Assembly: GCA_944326155.1 (NCBI GenBank)
Contig: CALVCV010000001.1
Location: 194,664-258,663, forward strand
Length of the DNA: 64,000 nucleotides
From: an uncultured Bacilli bacterium
Lineage (GTDB): Bacteria > Bacillota_I > Bacilli_A > ML615J-28 > CAG-313
Direction: 5' to 3'
This document shows positions 10,459-21,408 of the stretch, in pieces. The notes beneath the pieces were generated by a model. That model made no database searches and had not been told where the DNA came from. It saw only the letters and a program-made list of their open reading frames with translations. The first letter of the stretch is position 1. Each line of letters begins with the position of its first letter. Position numbers and translations under genes: made by a program.

Positions 10459-10904
10459 TGATTTTCTCCTTTTTTTGATATTTGATTAATATCATTTAGT
10501 ATTTCAACTAAAATTTTGCTTTTTTCGGTACCAAGTATTTCTATCAACTTTATAATTTTATTATCTAATAATAAAAGTTTTTTCGTAATTTCTTTCGTTC
10601 CTTTTTCAGTAAGTACAACTATAACCTTTCGGCGATCATCTTTTTTACGATTTATTTTGACTAATTCTTTCTCTAATAAAGCATCTAAAATAGCTGTAAC
10701 TCTTGCTTTTGTGATACCTATTGTATGACTAATATCAGTAGGTGTTACTCCATGACTTTCCTTAAAAAGATAACTTAACACAGCTTGCTCTCCTTCTAAT
10801 AATTCTAGAAAGTTGCCCACAGTATCGCTTTCATATAGTTGTAATAATACTTCTAATAATTTATTTTTTAAGTCTATATACAATTCCATAATTTTATTCC
10901 CCAA
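10455..10904 (-). CDS. MarR family transcriptional regulator
   Basis: 149 aa winged-helix; overlaps degV start by 4 nt (operon). Confidence 0.8.
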   Translation of the reverse strand: MGNKIMELYIDLKNKLLEVLLQLYESDTVGNFLELLEGEQAVLSYLFKESHGVTPTDISHTIGITKARVTAILDALLEKELVKINRKKDDRRKVIVVLTEKGTKEITKKLLLLDNKIIKLIEILGTEKSKILVEILNDINQISKKGENQ

Positions 10905-10972
10905 TTAGTTAATAGTATTAAAAATTAATACCATTAACATTTTACAATAAAAAGAAATTTTTTTCAATTGTA

Positions 10973-11000
10973 TTGCAAATAAATTAAAATATGATATAAT
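10973..11000 (+). promoter_or_regulatory. sigma-A promoter with extended -10 upstream of pepT
   Basis: TTGCAA-16-TGaTATAAT; ~145 nt leader before pepT ATG. Confidence 0.5.
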
Positions 11001-11145
11001 TATTTCATAAATAAAGATTATCTTTGTAGAATATTTTTATTGGTAAATAATTTATATTCTAAGGTTATGTTGTACTCATAGCCAATAAAAATTTAATAGA
11101 AAGGGTTATATATAATGAAAGTACAATAAATTATATGAAAAAAAG

Positions 11146-12369
11146 ATGACTATTATTGAAAGATTTCTAAACTATATCAAGTTTGATACGCAGTCCAATC
11201 CTTACACAAAAACAACACCAAGTACCAAGGGTCAACTTGAACTTGCAAAGTACCTTATTGAAGAATTAAAACAAATTGGTATTGCTAATGCTTATATGGA
11301 TCAATTTGGATATGTTTATGGCTATATAGAAAGCAACACCCCAACAACTATAACAGTAGGATTAATCGCCCACATGGATACAAGTTACGATTCATCAGGA
11401 AAAAATATTATGCCTATAGTTCTTGAAAATTATGATGGTACAGATATTTTATTAAATAAAGATTTAAAGATGATTTTATCTCCTATTGAATTTCCATCAT
11501 TAAAGCAAAAAATAGGACATACTCTTATTCATACTGATGGCACTACATTATTAGGCGCTGATGATAAAGCAGGAATTGCAATTATTATTGGTGCTGTAGA
11601 AAAAATTTTGAAAGAAAAATTACCACACCCAAATATTATTATTACCTTTACACCCGATGAAGAAATTGGCGAAGGTCCCAAAAACTTTGATTATAATTAT
11701 TATAAAAAACATAATTGCCAATTTGCCTATACACTTGATGGTGGTAAAATTGACGAAATAAATTTTGAAAATTTCAATGCTGCAAGTGCAACTATTACAA
11801 TAAAGGGTAAATCTATCCATCCAGGTAGTGCTAAAGGTAAGATGATCAATAGTATTTTGGTAGCAATGGAATTTCAAACCATGCTTCCTCAAAATCAAAT
11901 ACCTGCACTTACTGAAGGTTATGAAGGTTTCTTCCATTTAAATAGGATAAAAGGAGGAGTTGAACAAACAACTTTAGAATATATTATTCGCAACCATAAT
12001 AGAGATTTATTTGAAAAACAAAAAGAGTTAATTTTAGAAATAAAGAACTATTTAAATAAAAAATATAGACAAGATTTAGTGACTGTCAATGTCGAAGATT
12101 CTTATCGCAATATGCGTGAAATTATTTTACAACATCCAGAAGTATTAGAATATGCTATTAAAGCTCTTAAACGTAATAATATTGAACCAGTTTTTGTACC
12201 AATTAGAGGCGGTACAGATGGTGCAGAAATTACTTATCATGGTATATACACACCTAATTTAGGATCAGCAGGCGAAAACTTTCATGGTCCTTTTGAATAT
12301 TTGGATATAACTGATTTAAATAAAATGATAGATGTAGTTATTACACTTTTAAAAATTGTAACTGAATAA
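11146..12369 (+). CDS. pepT: peptidase T (tripeptide aminopeptidase, M20B)
   Basis: N-terminus IIERFLNYIKFDTQS, HMDT zinc ligand, 407 aa. Confidence 0.9.
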   Translation: MTIIERFLNYIKFDTQSNPYTKTTPSTKGQLELAKYLIEELKQIGIANAYMDQFGYVYGYIESNTPTTITVGLIAHMDTSYDSSGKNIMPIVLENYDGTDILLNKDLKMILSPIEFPSLKQKIGHTLIHTDGTTLLGADDKAGIAIIIGAVEKILKEKLPHPNIIITFTPDEEIGEGPKNFDYNYYKKHNCQFAYTLDGGKIDEINFENFNAASATITIKGKSIHPGSAKGKMINSILVAMEFQTMLPQNQIPALTEGYEGFFHLNRIKGGVEQTTLEYIIRNHNRDLFEKQKELILEIKNYLNKKYRQDLVTVNVEDSYRNMREIILQHPEVLEYAIKALKRNNIEPVFVPIRGGTDGAEITYHGIYTPNLGSAGENFHGPFEYLDITDLNKMIDVVITLLKIVTE

Positions 12370-12408
12370 AAAAACTCTTACTTAAGACTTCTTAAGTAAG
12401 AGTTTTTT
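12369..12408. terminator. bidirectional rho-independent terminator between pepT and pdp
   Basis: aaaaaaCTCTTACTTAAGacttCTTAAGTAAGAGttttttt perfect 12-bp stem. Confidence 0.7.
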
Positions 12409-13715
12409 TATTTTATCGTTTTGATAATAATATTTTTTGTATTTACTTTTTGATTACTCATAATATATGCATCGAGAATCATTTCAATAGCCTCATCAGT
12501 GTTTTTGCCATTTGTATAAACAGTTGCTAAAACATCACCCTTGGTAATTTTATCACCAACTTTTTTATGTAATACAACACCTACAGCAAAATCAATTTTA
12601 TCTTCCAGTGTTGCTCGTCCTGCACCAAGTAACATTGCAGCCTCACCTATTTTTAAGGCATTAATGGATTCTACATACACATCTTTATCATGTTTGTATT
12701 CTAAATCAATAGTCTGTGTTGCAAGAGGTAGAAAACTATAATCATCTACTACGCGTGAATCTCCATGCTGATAGGCAATCATTGCTTGTAATTTTGCAAG
12801 TCCCAATCCCTCAGAAATCGCTTTTTCAACTAACTTTTTTGCTTCATCATAACTAGAAGCATTTTTACATACAAGCAAAATTTCAATAGTTAATTCAGTA
12901 CAAAGCGTCTGAAAATCTTTAGGTCCATGGCCTTTTAAGGTCTCAATAGCTTCAATGACCTCTAAAGCATTACCAATAGCAAAACCTAGTGGTTGTGACA
13001 TATCGGTAATTGTTGCTACAACATCTTTACCAGCCTTTTTACCAAGTGAGACCATAAGTTTAGATAATTCTATAGCAGAATTAATATCTTTCATAAAAGC
13101 GCCACTACCGACTTTAACATCTAAAACAATGTGATCGGCACCACTAGCTAATTTTTTAGACATAATAGATGAGGCAATTAATGGTATTGAATCAACTGTA
13201 CCAGTTACATCACGAAGTGCGTATAACTTTTTATCAGCAGGAACAATATTTTTACTTTGTCCAATGATGGCAATGCCAATATCATTTACTTGCTTCAAAA
13301 AATCTTCTGATGAAATCTCAATTTGAAAACCAGGAATGGCTTCTAATTTATCAAGCGTACCACCTGTATGTCCAAGACCACGCCCACTCATTTTTGCTAT
13401 TTTTACACCTAATGCACTTGCAAGTGGACCAACAACTAAACTAGTCTTGTCACCTACCCCACCGGTTGAATGTTTATCACATTTTATTCCCTTAATTTCT
13501 GATAAATCAACGACTTCTCCACTATTTAACATTTCCTGTGTCAAATAATATACTTCATCATCAGTCATTCCATTAAAATAAATTGCCATTAATAAAGCAC
13601 TAATTTGATAATCTGGAATATTACCTTTAATATATTCTTGGATAATATATGAAATTTCTTCTTGTGTTAAACTAATATTTTGCTTTTTCTTTTCGATTAA
13701 TTCTATCATTGTCAT
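12408..13715 (-). CDS. pdp: pyrimidine-nucleoside (thymidine) phosphorylase
   Basis: KHSTGGVGDKTS phosphate-binding motif; start chosen at MTMIELI (GGGAG RBS) rather than ORF-track start that overlaps plsC. Confidence 0.9.
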   Translation of the reverse strand: MTMIELIEKKKQNISLTQEEISYIIQEYIKGNIPDYQISALLMAIYFNGMTDDEVYYLTQEMLNSGEVVDLSEIKGIKCDKHSTGGVGDKTSLVVGPLASALGVKIAKMSGRGLGHTGGTLDKLEAIPGFQIEISSEDFLKQVNDIGIAIIGQSKNIVPADKKLYALRDVTGTVDSIPLIASSIMSKKLASGADHIVLDVKVGSGAFMKDINSAIELSKLMVSLGKKAGKDVVATITDMSQPLGFAIGNALEVIEAIETLKGHGPKDFQTLCTELTIEILLVCKNASSYDEAKKLVEKAISEGLGLAKLQAMIAYQHGDSRVVDDYSFLPLATQTIDLEYKHDKDVYVESINALKIGEAAMLLGAGRATLEDKIDFAVGVVLHKKVGDKITKGDVLATVYTNGKNTDEAIEMILDAYIMSNQKVNTKNIIIKTIK

Positions 13716-13752
13716 ATAAGCAATTCTCCCATCTTTTTTAGATAAATTATTT

Positions 13753-14646
13753 TTAAAAAACATCTTCTTTTTGTTGTTGCAGGATGAATTTTCGTAGCAT
13801 TTTATTGCTAATTTTCATATGCTTGTGTTCTTTTCTAATTCCTTCAATGGCTTCTTTCACTCTTAATTCAAAAAAACTAGCCAATTCTTTGGTTGATGAT
13901 TGCAAGCATTCCTCGCTTGTCATAACTTCCACGATCTTTATATAAACAGGCGTATAAAGAAAAGGAATACTCAATCTTTTACGATATGAACCATCAATAG
14001 CACATAATACTAGTTTAGCATTCGTTTTATGCATAATCTTAAATGAACCTGCTTTAAAATGGTGCATGCCAATTCCTCTAGAACGGGTACCCTCAGGAAA
14101 GATAAAGAAATTTACTCCATTATTGATTTCTTTAATAATTTGAATAATCGATTTCATTGCACTACGATCATCACTTCGATTAATAGAAACACCACCTAAA
14201 GCTTTGGCCATTCCTGAAGCAAGTTGAAATTTTGAAATGGACTCTTTATACATCGTACCATGTGGTATTTTATGTAAAACTGTATAGTAAATCAAAGGAT
14301 CAATATAACTTTGATGATTAGAATAGAAAACTAATGTTTTATTTTCATCTAATTTTTCTAATCCTTCTATTTTGACACAGATTCCTAACCAAAAACAAGA
14401 AAAACGTGCTACATCAACCATAAAATTCCAACGTTTTTGGTCTTTAGGATGATAGGTTTTGGCAAAATAATTACCTAGAATCGGTAGTAAAATAATAATA
14501 AGTAAACAAAATATCGCAAGTGAAGCAAAAAAGATAAGTATTGTATATAGAATTGTAAATATTATGCTTAAATCATTGAACAAAAAGACAATAGGAAATA
14601 CAATTAAGCTACCAAAGCAAACAATTAAAGATGTAATAAAAATCAT
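13753..14646 (-). CDS. plsC: 1-acyl-sn-glycerol-3-phosphate acyltransferase
   Basis: N-terminal TM anchor, HxxxxD motif NHQSYID, FPEGTRS motif. Confidence 0.8.
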   Translation of the reverse strand: MIFITSLIVCFGSLIVFPIVFLFNDLSIIFTILYTILIFFASLAIFCLLIIILLPILGNYFAKTYHPKDQKRWNFMVDVARFSCFWLGICVKIEGLEKLDENKTLVFYSNHQSYIDPLIYYTVLHKIPHGTMYKESISKFQLASGMAKALGGVSINRSDDRSAMKSIIQIIKEINNGVNFFIFPEGTRSRGIGMHHFKAGSFKIMHKTNAKLVLCAIDGSYRKRLSIPFLYTPVYIKIVEVMTSEECLQSSTKELASFFELRVKEAIEGIRKEHKHMKISNKMLRKFILQQQKEDVF

Positions 14647-15116
14647 TTTTTTATCCTTTCATAAACTTCAAATGTTAAATTATCATTCGTCTTTGTACTC
14701 AGCAAGATAAATTCATTAAAGTTAATTCTAGGAAAATAGATATTTCCTTCATGGATACCTTTAATTCTTGTTAAATATAATCGTTCGACTCTTGGCAATA
14801 AAGACTCATATACCGACTTCCCACCAATAACAAACAATTCACTATCTTGATAACTAGCAATAAGACTATCCAAATTATCTACAATAATACCACCTGCAGG
14901 CAACTTTTTTTCATAGGTTAAAACATAATTGATTCTTCTAGGAAGTGGTCGGCCGAGGCGCTTTATAATAGATAAATATGTATTATATCCCATTAAAACT
15001 GCTTTATTCAATGTTATTTGCTTAAAATATTTTAAATCATTCGGTTCATACCAAGGTAATTCATTCCCATTACCAATAAGAAAGTTATCATCAACAGCTA
15101 CAATTAATGCTAACAT
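14643..15116 (-). CDS. folA: dihydrofolate reductase
   Basis: 157 aa, LIVAVDDNFLIGNGNELPW N-terminus; overlaps plsC start and thyA stop. Confidence 0.9.
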   Translation of the reverse strand: MLALIVAVDDNFLIGNGNELPWYEPNDLKYFKQITLNKAVLMGYNTYLSIIKRLGRPLPRRINYVLTYEKKLPAGGIIVDNLDSLIASYQDSELFVIGGKSVYESLLPRVERLYLTRIKGIHEGNIYFPRINFNEFILLSTKTNDNLTFEVYERIKK

Positions 15117-15994
15117 TAGACAGCCACCTTCCCTTTAATTCCTTTATATGGATTATAGTCTATTAATTCAAAATCTTCATATATGAAATCTTCAATATTT
15201 TCAGTTTCACGATTAATTTTCATTTTTGGTAAGGGGCGTGGTATTCTTGTAAGTTGCTTATGAATCTGTTCTAAATGATTATTGTAAATATGCACATCAC
15301 CAAGAGTATGTACAAATTCGCCTAATTGTAAATGACATACTTTAGCAACCATCATCGTTAAAAGGGCATAGGATGCAATATTAAATGGAACACCTAAAAA
15401 TAAGTCAGCAGAACGTTGATATAACATACAAGATAATTTACCATCATTAACATAAAATTGAAATAATGAGTGACATGGTGGTAAAGCCATTTGGTCTACT
15501 TCAAGTGGATTCCAAGCACAAACAATTAAACGTCTTGAATAAGGATTTTTCTTAATTTCATCAATAACACTTTTCAGTTGATCAACATGATACTCATTAA
15601 TACCAAAATTACGCCACTGTTTGCCATATACAGGTCCTAAATCACCATGTTTTTTTGCAAATGTTTCATCTTCTTTGATTTTAGCAACAAACTCATCAAT
15701 AGTTTCACCTTTAAAATCTTCACTTTTTTTAAACTTTTCATATGGCCATTCATTCCAAATTCGTACATTATGATCAACCAAATATTTGATATTTGTATCA
15801 CCTTTAATAAACCATAATAGCTCATAAATAACTGATTTTAAATGGACTTTTTTCGTTGTAAGAAGGGGAAAGCCATTATTTAAATCAAAACGCATCTGCG
15901 CACCAAAATATGAAATAGTACCAGTACCTGTGCGATCATTTTTTGTCTTACCTTCATATAAAACTTTTTCACATAATTCTAAATATTGTTTCAT
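15116..15994 (-). CDS. thyA: thymidylate synthase (ThyA type)
   Basis: 292 aa, conserved RTGTGT and catalytic PCH motifs. Confidence 0.95.
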   Translation of the reverse strand: MKQYLELCEKVLYEGKTKNDRTGTGTISYFGAQMRFDLNNGFPLLTTKKVHLKSVIYELLWFIKGDTNIKYLVDHNVRIWNEWPYEKFKKSEDFKGETIDEFVAKIKEDETFAKKHGDLGPVYGKQWRNFGINEYHVDQLKSVIDEIKKNPYSRRLIVCAWNPLEVDQMALPPCHSLFQFYVNDGKLSCMLYQRSADLFLGVPFNIASYALLTMMVAKVCHLQLGEFVHTLGDVHIYNNHLEQIHKQLTRIPRPLPKMKINRETENIEDFIYEDFELIDYNPYKGIKGKVAV

Positions 15995-16072
15995 ATCATA
16001 CTCCTATGTTTTTAATAATTATATCATAAAACTTCTGATTTTTCCCTTTTTTAACTAAATATTTTATCTTGT

Positions 16073-16450
16073 TTAATCAAATTGCTCTTTTTGTGCTTGA
16101 TTATACTTTGCTTTTGAATGAATAAAAATAACTCTTTCGCCAATGATTTCAAGTGAAGATATTTTCTTTTTAAAAATTTGGTTTTGTTCATTAAAAACTA
16201 CTTCATTATCTTTTACCATAAGTCGCCCTTTTACCCCTACAATATCCCCTTTTTGAGTATAATCACATGTCGTTTGGGCAATGGCATTCCATAAAGTTAT
16301 TTTGATAAAATCCGTTTCATAGTTACCTTCCATATTCTTAAATGGTCTTGTAACTGCAAGTGTTAATGTGGCAACATTAATATTATTTTCAAAAGAACGT
16401 AGAATTGGTTTTTCAACAATTCTACCTACTAAAGTGACTTGATTTATCAT
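16073..16450 (-). CDS. ssb: single-stranded DNA-binding protein (short SsbB-like form)
   Basis: OB-fold N-terminus MINQVTLVGRIV; start at 16450 preceded by AGGAGG. Confidence 0.8.
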   Translation of the reverse strand: MINQVTLVGRIVEKPILRSFENNINVATLTLAVTRPFKNMEGNYETDFIKITLWNAIAQTTCDYTQKGDIVGVKGRLMVKDNEVVFNEQNQIFKKKISSLEIIGERVIFIHSKAKYNQAQKEQFD

Positions 16451-16688
16451 AATTTTCCTCCTTAAAGTTTGATAAATCAAGTATATAATAAAAGTCATCT
16501 TTAACAAAATATCCTATTTTATACTTTTAAAAATTTTCTTGCTATTTTTAATATTTTTTGCTTTATTTTTAAACATTTAAATTAGATTTTAAATTGATTT
16601 TTTACATAATTGACAAATCCTTATTTTTAATTACATTCTAGTATTTTTTTCAATTTTTTGTTCACAATAACAATATATGGAGGAAAAT

Positions 16689-17693
16689 ATGAAAAATAAC
16701 ACTTTTCAATTTTTATTTTTTACTGGTTTTTTATTAATAGGCGCCGCATCTCTTGTTACTTCTAATAATATTATGGCCAATTTTTCTAACAATGGTTATC
16801 TAGTTTATCTTTTTTTATTACCACTAATATTACTACTACCATTATTACTATCAAATCATAAAGTTACCCTCAAAATATGCTTTACTCATCCTATTTTAAA
16901 AATATTGTTTTTATCATATCAAATATTGAGCAATTTTATACTTATTACTTCTTATTTAAAAGTAACTAATGATTACTACTATAGTCTTACTTCACCTACA
17001 ATTATTTTTATTATTTTTCTCTTTGCAAGTCTTTTTTTTACAAATTATGGAATTAGAAATATATTGCATATCGGTTTTGTCTTATCTTGTATTACTCTAA
17101 CGTTAATGTTATTCCCTCTCACATCAAATGCAGATTATGATTTTGTTTTATTAAACAATACTTCTTTAGAATTAAATTTGGATATATCTATTTTAGGATT
17201 TTTATTTATTTATTTAGATAGTTTTCTTCTACTTGTTTTTAATCCTTCATCTAATATTTCAAAAAAACATTTTTTTATACTTTTTTTAATTATTTCTTTA
17301 ATTAATACAGGATTAATTTTACAAAATTATCTTTTATTTGACTTTCAATATTTTTTAACTAGAAAGTTCCCTTATATTACAAAATATTTAGTTTTTAGCA
17401 ATTATTATCATTATCTTCATCTAGATTTATTTTATTTAATTTTTATTACTATTTATTTTTTATTTAAATTAAGTATTAATATTGAATATTCTAGAATTAT
17501 TTTAGAAATTAAAAGAAATTCTTATAAAATTTTTTTGATACCACTTTTTTTATTTGTTTTGATTTATATTTCACCATATTTTGATTTGACTGTGAAAAAC
17601 TTAAATTGGTTAATGTTTTATTGCACACTAATTATTTTTAGTTTTTTTATTTTATTAAAAATATTTATTTTTAAAAGGAGAAAAAATGAATAG
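16689..17693 (+). CDS. spore germination protein, GerAB-like (APC-superfamily permease subunit)
   Basis: ~10 TM; first gene of B-A-C receptor operon; GGAGGA RBS 6 nt upstream of ATG 16689. Confidence 0.7.
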   Translation: MKNNTFQFLFFTGFLLIGAASLVTSNNIMANFSNNGYLVYLFLLPLILLLPLLLSNHKVTLKICFTHPILKILFLSYQILSNFILITSYLKVTNDYYYSLTSPTIIFIIFLFASLFFTNYGIRNILHIGFVLSCITLTLMLFPLTSNADYDFVLLNNTSLELNLDISILGFLFIYLDSFLLLVFNPSSNISKKHFFILFLIISLINTGLILQNYLLFDFQYFLTRKFPYITKYLVFSNYYHYLHLDLFYLIFITIYFLFKLSINIEYSRIILEIKRNSYKIFLIPLFLFVLIYISPYFDLTVKNLNWLMFYCTLIIFSFFILLKIFIFKRRKNE

Positions 17694-19056
17694 TTATATA
17701 GAATCTTTTATCAAAAAAGCTGAATCTACTGATGATATTTGTGTGGCTAACTGTAGAGTGCAGCAATTAAAATATAAAATAATTTATATGATTGATTATG
17801 TAGATATTAAAAACTTTGATTTGCAAGTCAAACCTCTAATAAACCTTGAAAATTTAGACCATCTTCAATTTCTTTTCAATGGTCTTTGTAAAAAAATTAC
17901 TGATATTACTCAATCAAATTTAGAATTTCTTTTATATAGTGGGAAAATTTTAGTATTTTTTGATTCCTATTACTATTCTTTTGAGTTTGGTAATCGTCCC
18001 AAGCGATCACTAGGTGCTAGTAAAATTGATCCTGAAGATCCAATGGCTAGTGTTGAATCACTTATAGAAGATTTAAATGTTAATCTTGCATTAATTAAAA
18101 AAAGACTAAAAACTACAGATTTAAAAGTTAATAAATATCAACTTGGAATTTTTTCTAAAACTGAATGCGCTGTACTTTATCTTGAATCTTTTCATGATAA
18201 AAATAGTCTTAAAAAGACTTTAAATTCTTTAAAATCAATGAAAAACCAATTTGTCACTTCAATAGATGATATTAATATTTTATATGATAACAATTCTTTA
18301 TTACCACAAGTTTTTAATACAAGTTCACCAGAAATTATTATAGATGCTATCATTAAAGGAAAAATTGTCATATTATTAGATAATGCACCTATTGCGAGTA
18401 TTGTGCCAGCAAATTTATCTACCTTTACTACTTCAAAATCTTATGTCAATACTCCTAAATTTTTTGCAAAATTTAATCACATTCTAATATCTATTTTTTT
18501 CTTTATCTCTCTTTTTATGATTGGTTTAATAATTGCCATTATTAATTTTCATCCTAGCATTCTTTCCATACCTTTGCTTGCCAATATTAAAATTACTGAA
18601 AGAGGAACAAATTGGTCAATGTTTTACGAAGTTTTAATTGTCTACTTTTTATTTGAATTTTATCGTTTTGCTACTAGCAGATCTACTAGCAATTATATTC
18701 AAAATATTATTATTATTCTAGGAGGTCTTTTCATCGGACAAAACGCAATCCAATCTGGTACCATTGGTTCAACTGTCCTATTTATGACTTCTATTTCTTA
18801 TATTGCAGTTTTTGCGGTTACAAGTAATGTATATATGATTACAACGATAAATATTTTACGTGTTTTTATTTTAATTATGTCTTATGCTATGGGGATACTT
18901 GGTTTTTTAGTGGCCTCACTCATTACTATTTTTTATTTGTACAAACAGCAAAATAATTCTAATTACTATTTATATCCTTTTATTCCTTTTAATAAAGAGG
19001 ATATATTACGTTTTTTTGTACCTGAACGAAAAGCAAAAACGAAGGTGACAAAATGA
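17686..19056 (+). CDS. spore germination protein, GerAA-like (A subunit)
   Basis: DLNVNLALIKKRLKT and IVILLDNAPIASIVPANL match conserved GerA-family blocks; C-terminal 4-5 TM. Confidence 0.8.
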   Translation: MNSYIESFIKKAESTDDICVANCRVQQLKYKIIYMIDYVDIKNFDLQVKPLINLENLDHLQFLFNGLCKKITDITQSNLEFLLYSGKILVFFDSYYYSFEFGNRPKRSLGASKIDPEDPMASVESLIEDLNVNLALIKKRLKTTDLKVNKYQLGIFSKTECAVLYLESFHDKNSLKKTLNSLKSMKNQFVTSIDDINILYDNNSLLPQVFNTSSPEIIIDAIIKGKIVILLDNAPIASIVPANLSTFTTSKSYVNTPKFFAKFNHILISIFFFISLFMIGLIIAIINFHPSILSIPLLANIKITERGTNWSMFYEVLIVYFLFEFYRFATSRSTSNYIQNIIIILGGLFIGQNAIQSGTIGSTVLFMTSISYIAVFAVTSNVYMITTINILRVFILIMSYAMGILGFLVASLITIFYLYKQQNNSNYYLYPFIPFNKEDILRFFVPERKAKTKVTK

Positions 19057-20093
19057 AAAAAATTATCATTACCTTCATAATCATTTTTTCATTTATACCT
19101 TTTATAACCAAAAAAAATGATTATAAAGATATTAGTAATATTGTTTATGTAAGTAGTATTGGATTAGATTATGATAATGTAACTAATGAATATATTATTT
19201 ATTACTATATTTTAAATAATTTTAATTTAACTAGTGCCCAAATTTCCTCAAGTAATATTGATGATTTATCCTATACCGTAAAAGTTCAAGAAAAAAATTT
19301 TGCTGAAGCCTTTAGTTCAATCAAAAAAAAGATTAATAATAGTATTAATTACACACATTTGAATACTATTATTTTATCAAGGAATTTTATTGGTAAAGAC
19401 CATCTACTCCATCTTTATCATTATATTCGAGATTTAACATCAATTTATTTAGATTTTTATATTTTTACGACAGATTCTGAAATAGAAGATTTGTATAATA
19501 TTCGAAATTTTTCGGATGTTTCAGCTTATCATACAATTCTTGTTACCCCTAATCTTATTAAAACTTACAAATTAATTACATTTGTACATTTTGCAAAACT
19601 AATTTTAAAGCCTAATTATACTCTTCTCATCCCTCATCTTACAAGTGTGATGGATACTTTTTCCAAACAAGATAGTGATTTTTTATCATTAGAAATTGAT
19701 GGCTATAGTATATTAAAAAATGATTTTAGTTATAAAACATATCTTGCTAAAGATTATCCACAACTTTTATTATTAATTAATTTACAAGATCAAACCTTTA
19801 GTATAGACGAGTATGAACTATATTTAAAAGATGGTAAATATAAAATAAAAAAACTAAATAATGATATTTTAATTTATTATAAAATATACGCTGTAATTAA
19901 TCTTAATCCAAACGATGAAAATTTAGTTAATATTAAAGAAAAACTAGAGCCAAAAATACAAACAATAATTAAAGATTTAATAAATGCTACAAAACAAGAT
20001 AATATCGATATTTTTAACATAAATTATATAATTGGTCCAGAATCATTAACAAACAAAAAGATTAAAATTATTGTAGATTTAGATTTAAATTAA
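19053..20093 (+). CDS. spore germination protein, Ger(x)C-like, N-terminal TM anchor instead of lipobox
   Basis: SSIGLDYD block typical of GerC N-domain; 346 aa; no cysteine in signal region. Confidence 0.6.
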   Translation: MKKIIITFIIIFSFIPFITKKNDYKDISNIVYVSSIGLDYDNVTNEYIIYYYILNNFNLTSAQISSSNIDDLSYTVKVQEKNFAEAFSSIKKKINNSINYTHLNTIILSRNFIGKDHLLHLYHYIRDLTSIYLDFYIFTTDSEIEDLYNIRNFSDVSAYHTILVTPNLIKTYKLITFVHFAKLILKPNYTLLIPHLTSVMDTFSKQDSDFLSLEIDGYSILKNDFSYKTYLAKDYPQLLLLINLQDQTFSIDEYELYLKDGKYKIKKLNNDILIYYKIYAVINLNPNDENLVNIKEKLEPKIQTIIKDLINATKQDNIDIFNINYIIGPESLTNKKIKIIVDLDLN

Positions 20094-20130
20094 AAAATTC
20101 GCAAATTAATTTTTGCGAATTTTATTTTTT
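20094..20130. terminator. bidirectional rho-independent terminator between convergent ger operon and M16 peptidase gene
   Basis: aaaaAATTCGCAAAttaatTTTGCGAATTttatttttt. Confidence 0.55.
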
Positions 20131-21408
20131 AGGAAAAATAGTAAAAGTAGCCACACTATTTATATTGAAATACTTTCTTTGATTTTTAATATCTTCACAT
20201 TTAATTGATTCTAAAATGTCTATTGCATCAAAAATTGTCAATTGATCCAAATCTGATTCAATCATATAATTGGCAATATATTCTAAAGAATTAAAACGAC
20301 GAATTGTCCTTGATAAATATAATTTTTTAGTTCTTACAAAATCTTTTTCATCAATATCATTTATCTTTATAATATTGATTATCTCCCTTATTTTACTTAT
20401 AAAACTTTCTGGATTTTCAGTATCCAAATTAAATAATAAGTGACCATATGTTTCATCATAATATAATGCATACTCAAAACTATTATTAATAATGTTTTTA
20501 TTTATTAATTCTTCATAATAATTAGATGATTCTGAAAAATATAAATCAACCAATATTTCTAATGATATAAATTTTTTAAGAAACTCTTGTGGTGTATTTT
20601 TTTCACATGGAAATTTAAGGCCAACTGAAACTTTTGGTGAATTGACACTCATTTCAATAAAACTATTTTCTTCATTTACTGTTACATCCTCAATATAATA
20701 TTTTCGGTTAATATTTGAGGGCTTAGGAAAAATTTTTTTAGCTTGATTTTCTTTGATAAGTTGTAAAATAATATCTAAATCAAAATTTCCTACAATAGCA
20801 AGTGTCATATTATTTGGCTGATAAAAAGTCTGATAGCATGTATATAACAAATCTTCATTAATTTGTTTGATTGAATCTATTGTGCCACCAATTTCATTTC
20901 GTATATTGTTGTATTTATATAATCCTTTCAAAATACCATAATACTGAATATTTTGAGGTTGATCAAGATACATTAACAATTCTTGTTCAATAATACCTCT
21001 TTCTTTTTCAATACCTTCTTTATTGAAATAGGGCTTCTGAACAAAATCCAACAATAATATAACATTTTTTTCTACATCTGATGTTGTTGAAAATAGATAA
21101 GCTGTTTGATAATTTGTTGTAAAAGCATTCACTTCTGCGCCAAGAGCAGCAAATAAGTTAGAAGCGTCTGTCCCATCTTCATTTTCAAATAGTTTATGTT
21201 CTAAAAAATGGGCAATTCCTTCAGGCGTTTTAATATAGTCTTTTTTTCCAATGGGAATAAATTCAATATCACGTGAACCATATTTAGTAGAAAAAATAGC
21301 ATACGTTTTATGAAAATCTTTTTTTGGCATTAAGTAAACTTTAAGACCGTTTTCTAAAACTTCAAAATAATACCTTTCATTTAATTTTTTATTTTCCACT
21401 AATCTCAT
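20122..21408 (-). CDS. M16 family zinc peptidase (insulinase-like), catalytic HxxEH subunit
   Basis: HFLEHKLFE inverted zinc-binding motif; ATG overlaps TGA of upstream gene (ATGA). Confidence 0.8.
   Translation of the reverse strand: MRLVENKKLNERYYFEVLENGLKVYLMPKKDFHKTYAIFSTKYGSRDIEFIPIGKKDYIKTPEGIAHFLEHKLFENEDGTDASNLFAALGAEVNAFTTNYQTAYLFSTTSDVEKNVILLLDFVQKPYFNKEGIEKERGIIEQELLMYLDQPQNIQYYGILKGLYKYNNIRNEIGGTIDSIKQINEDLLYTCYQTFYQPNNMTLAIVGNFDLDIILQLIKENQAKKIFPKPSNINRKYYIEDVTVNEENSFIEMSVNSPKVSVGLKFPCEKNTPQEFLKKFISLEILVDLYFSESSNYYEELINKNIINNSFEYALYYDETYGHLLFNLDTENPESFISKIREIINIIKINDIDEKDFVRTKKLYLSRTIRRFNSLEYIANYMIESDLDQLTIFDAIDILESIKCEDIKNQRKYFNINSVATFTIFPKK

Noticed and set aside
16508-16676. 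Possible forespore (sigma-G/sigma-F) promoter upstream of the ger operon
   Set aside because: A CATTCTA -10-like heptamer exists but no properly spaced -35 (GnATA / GCATA) element could be identified confidently, so the promoter class is not called.
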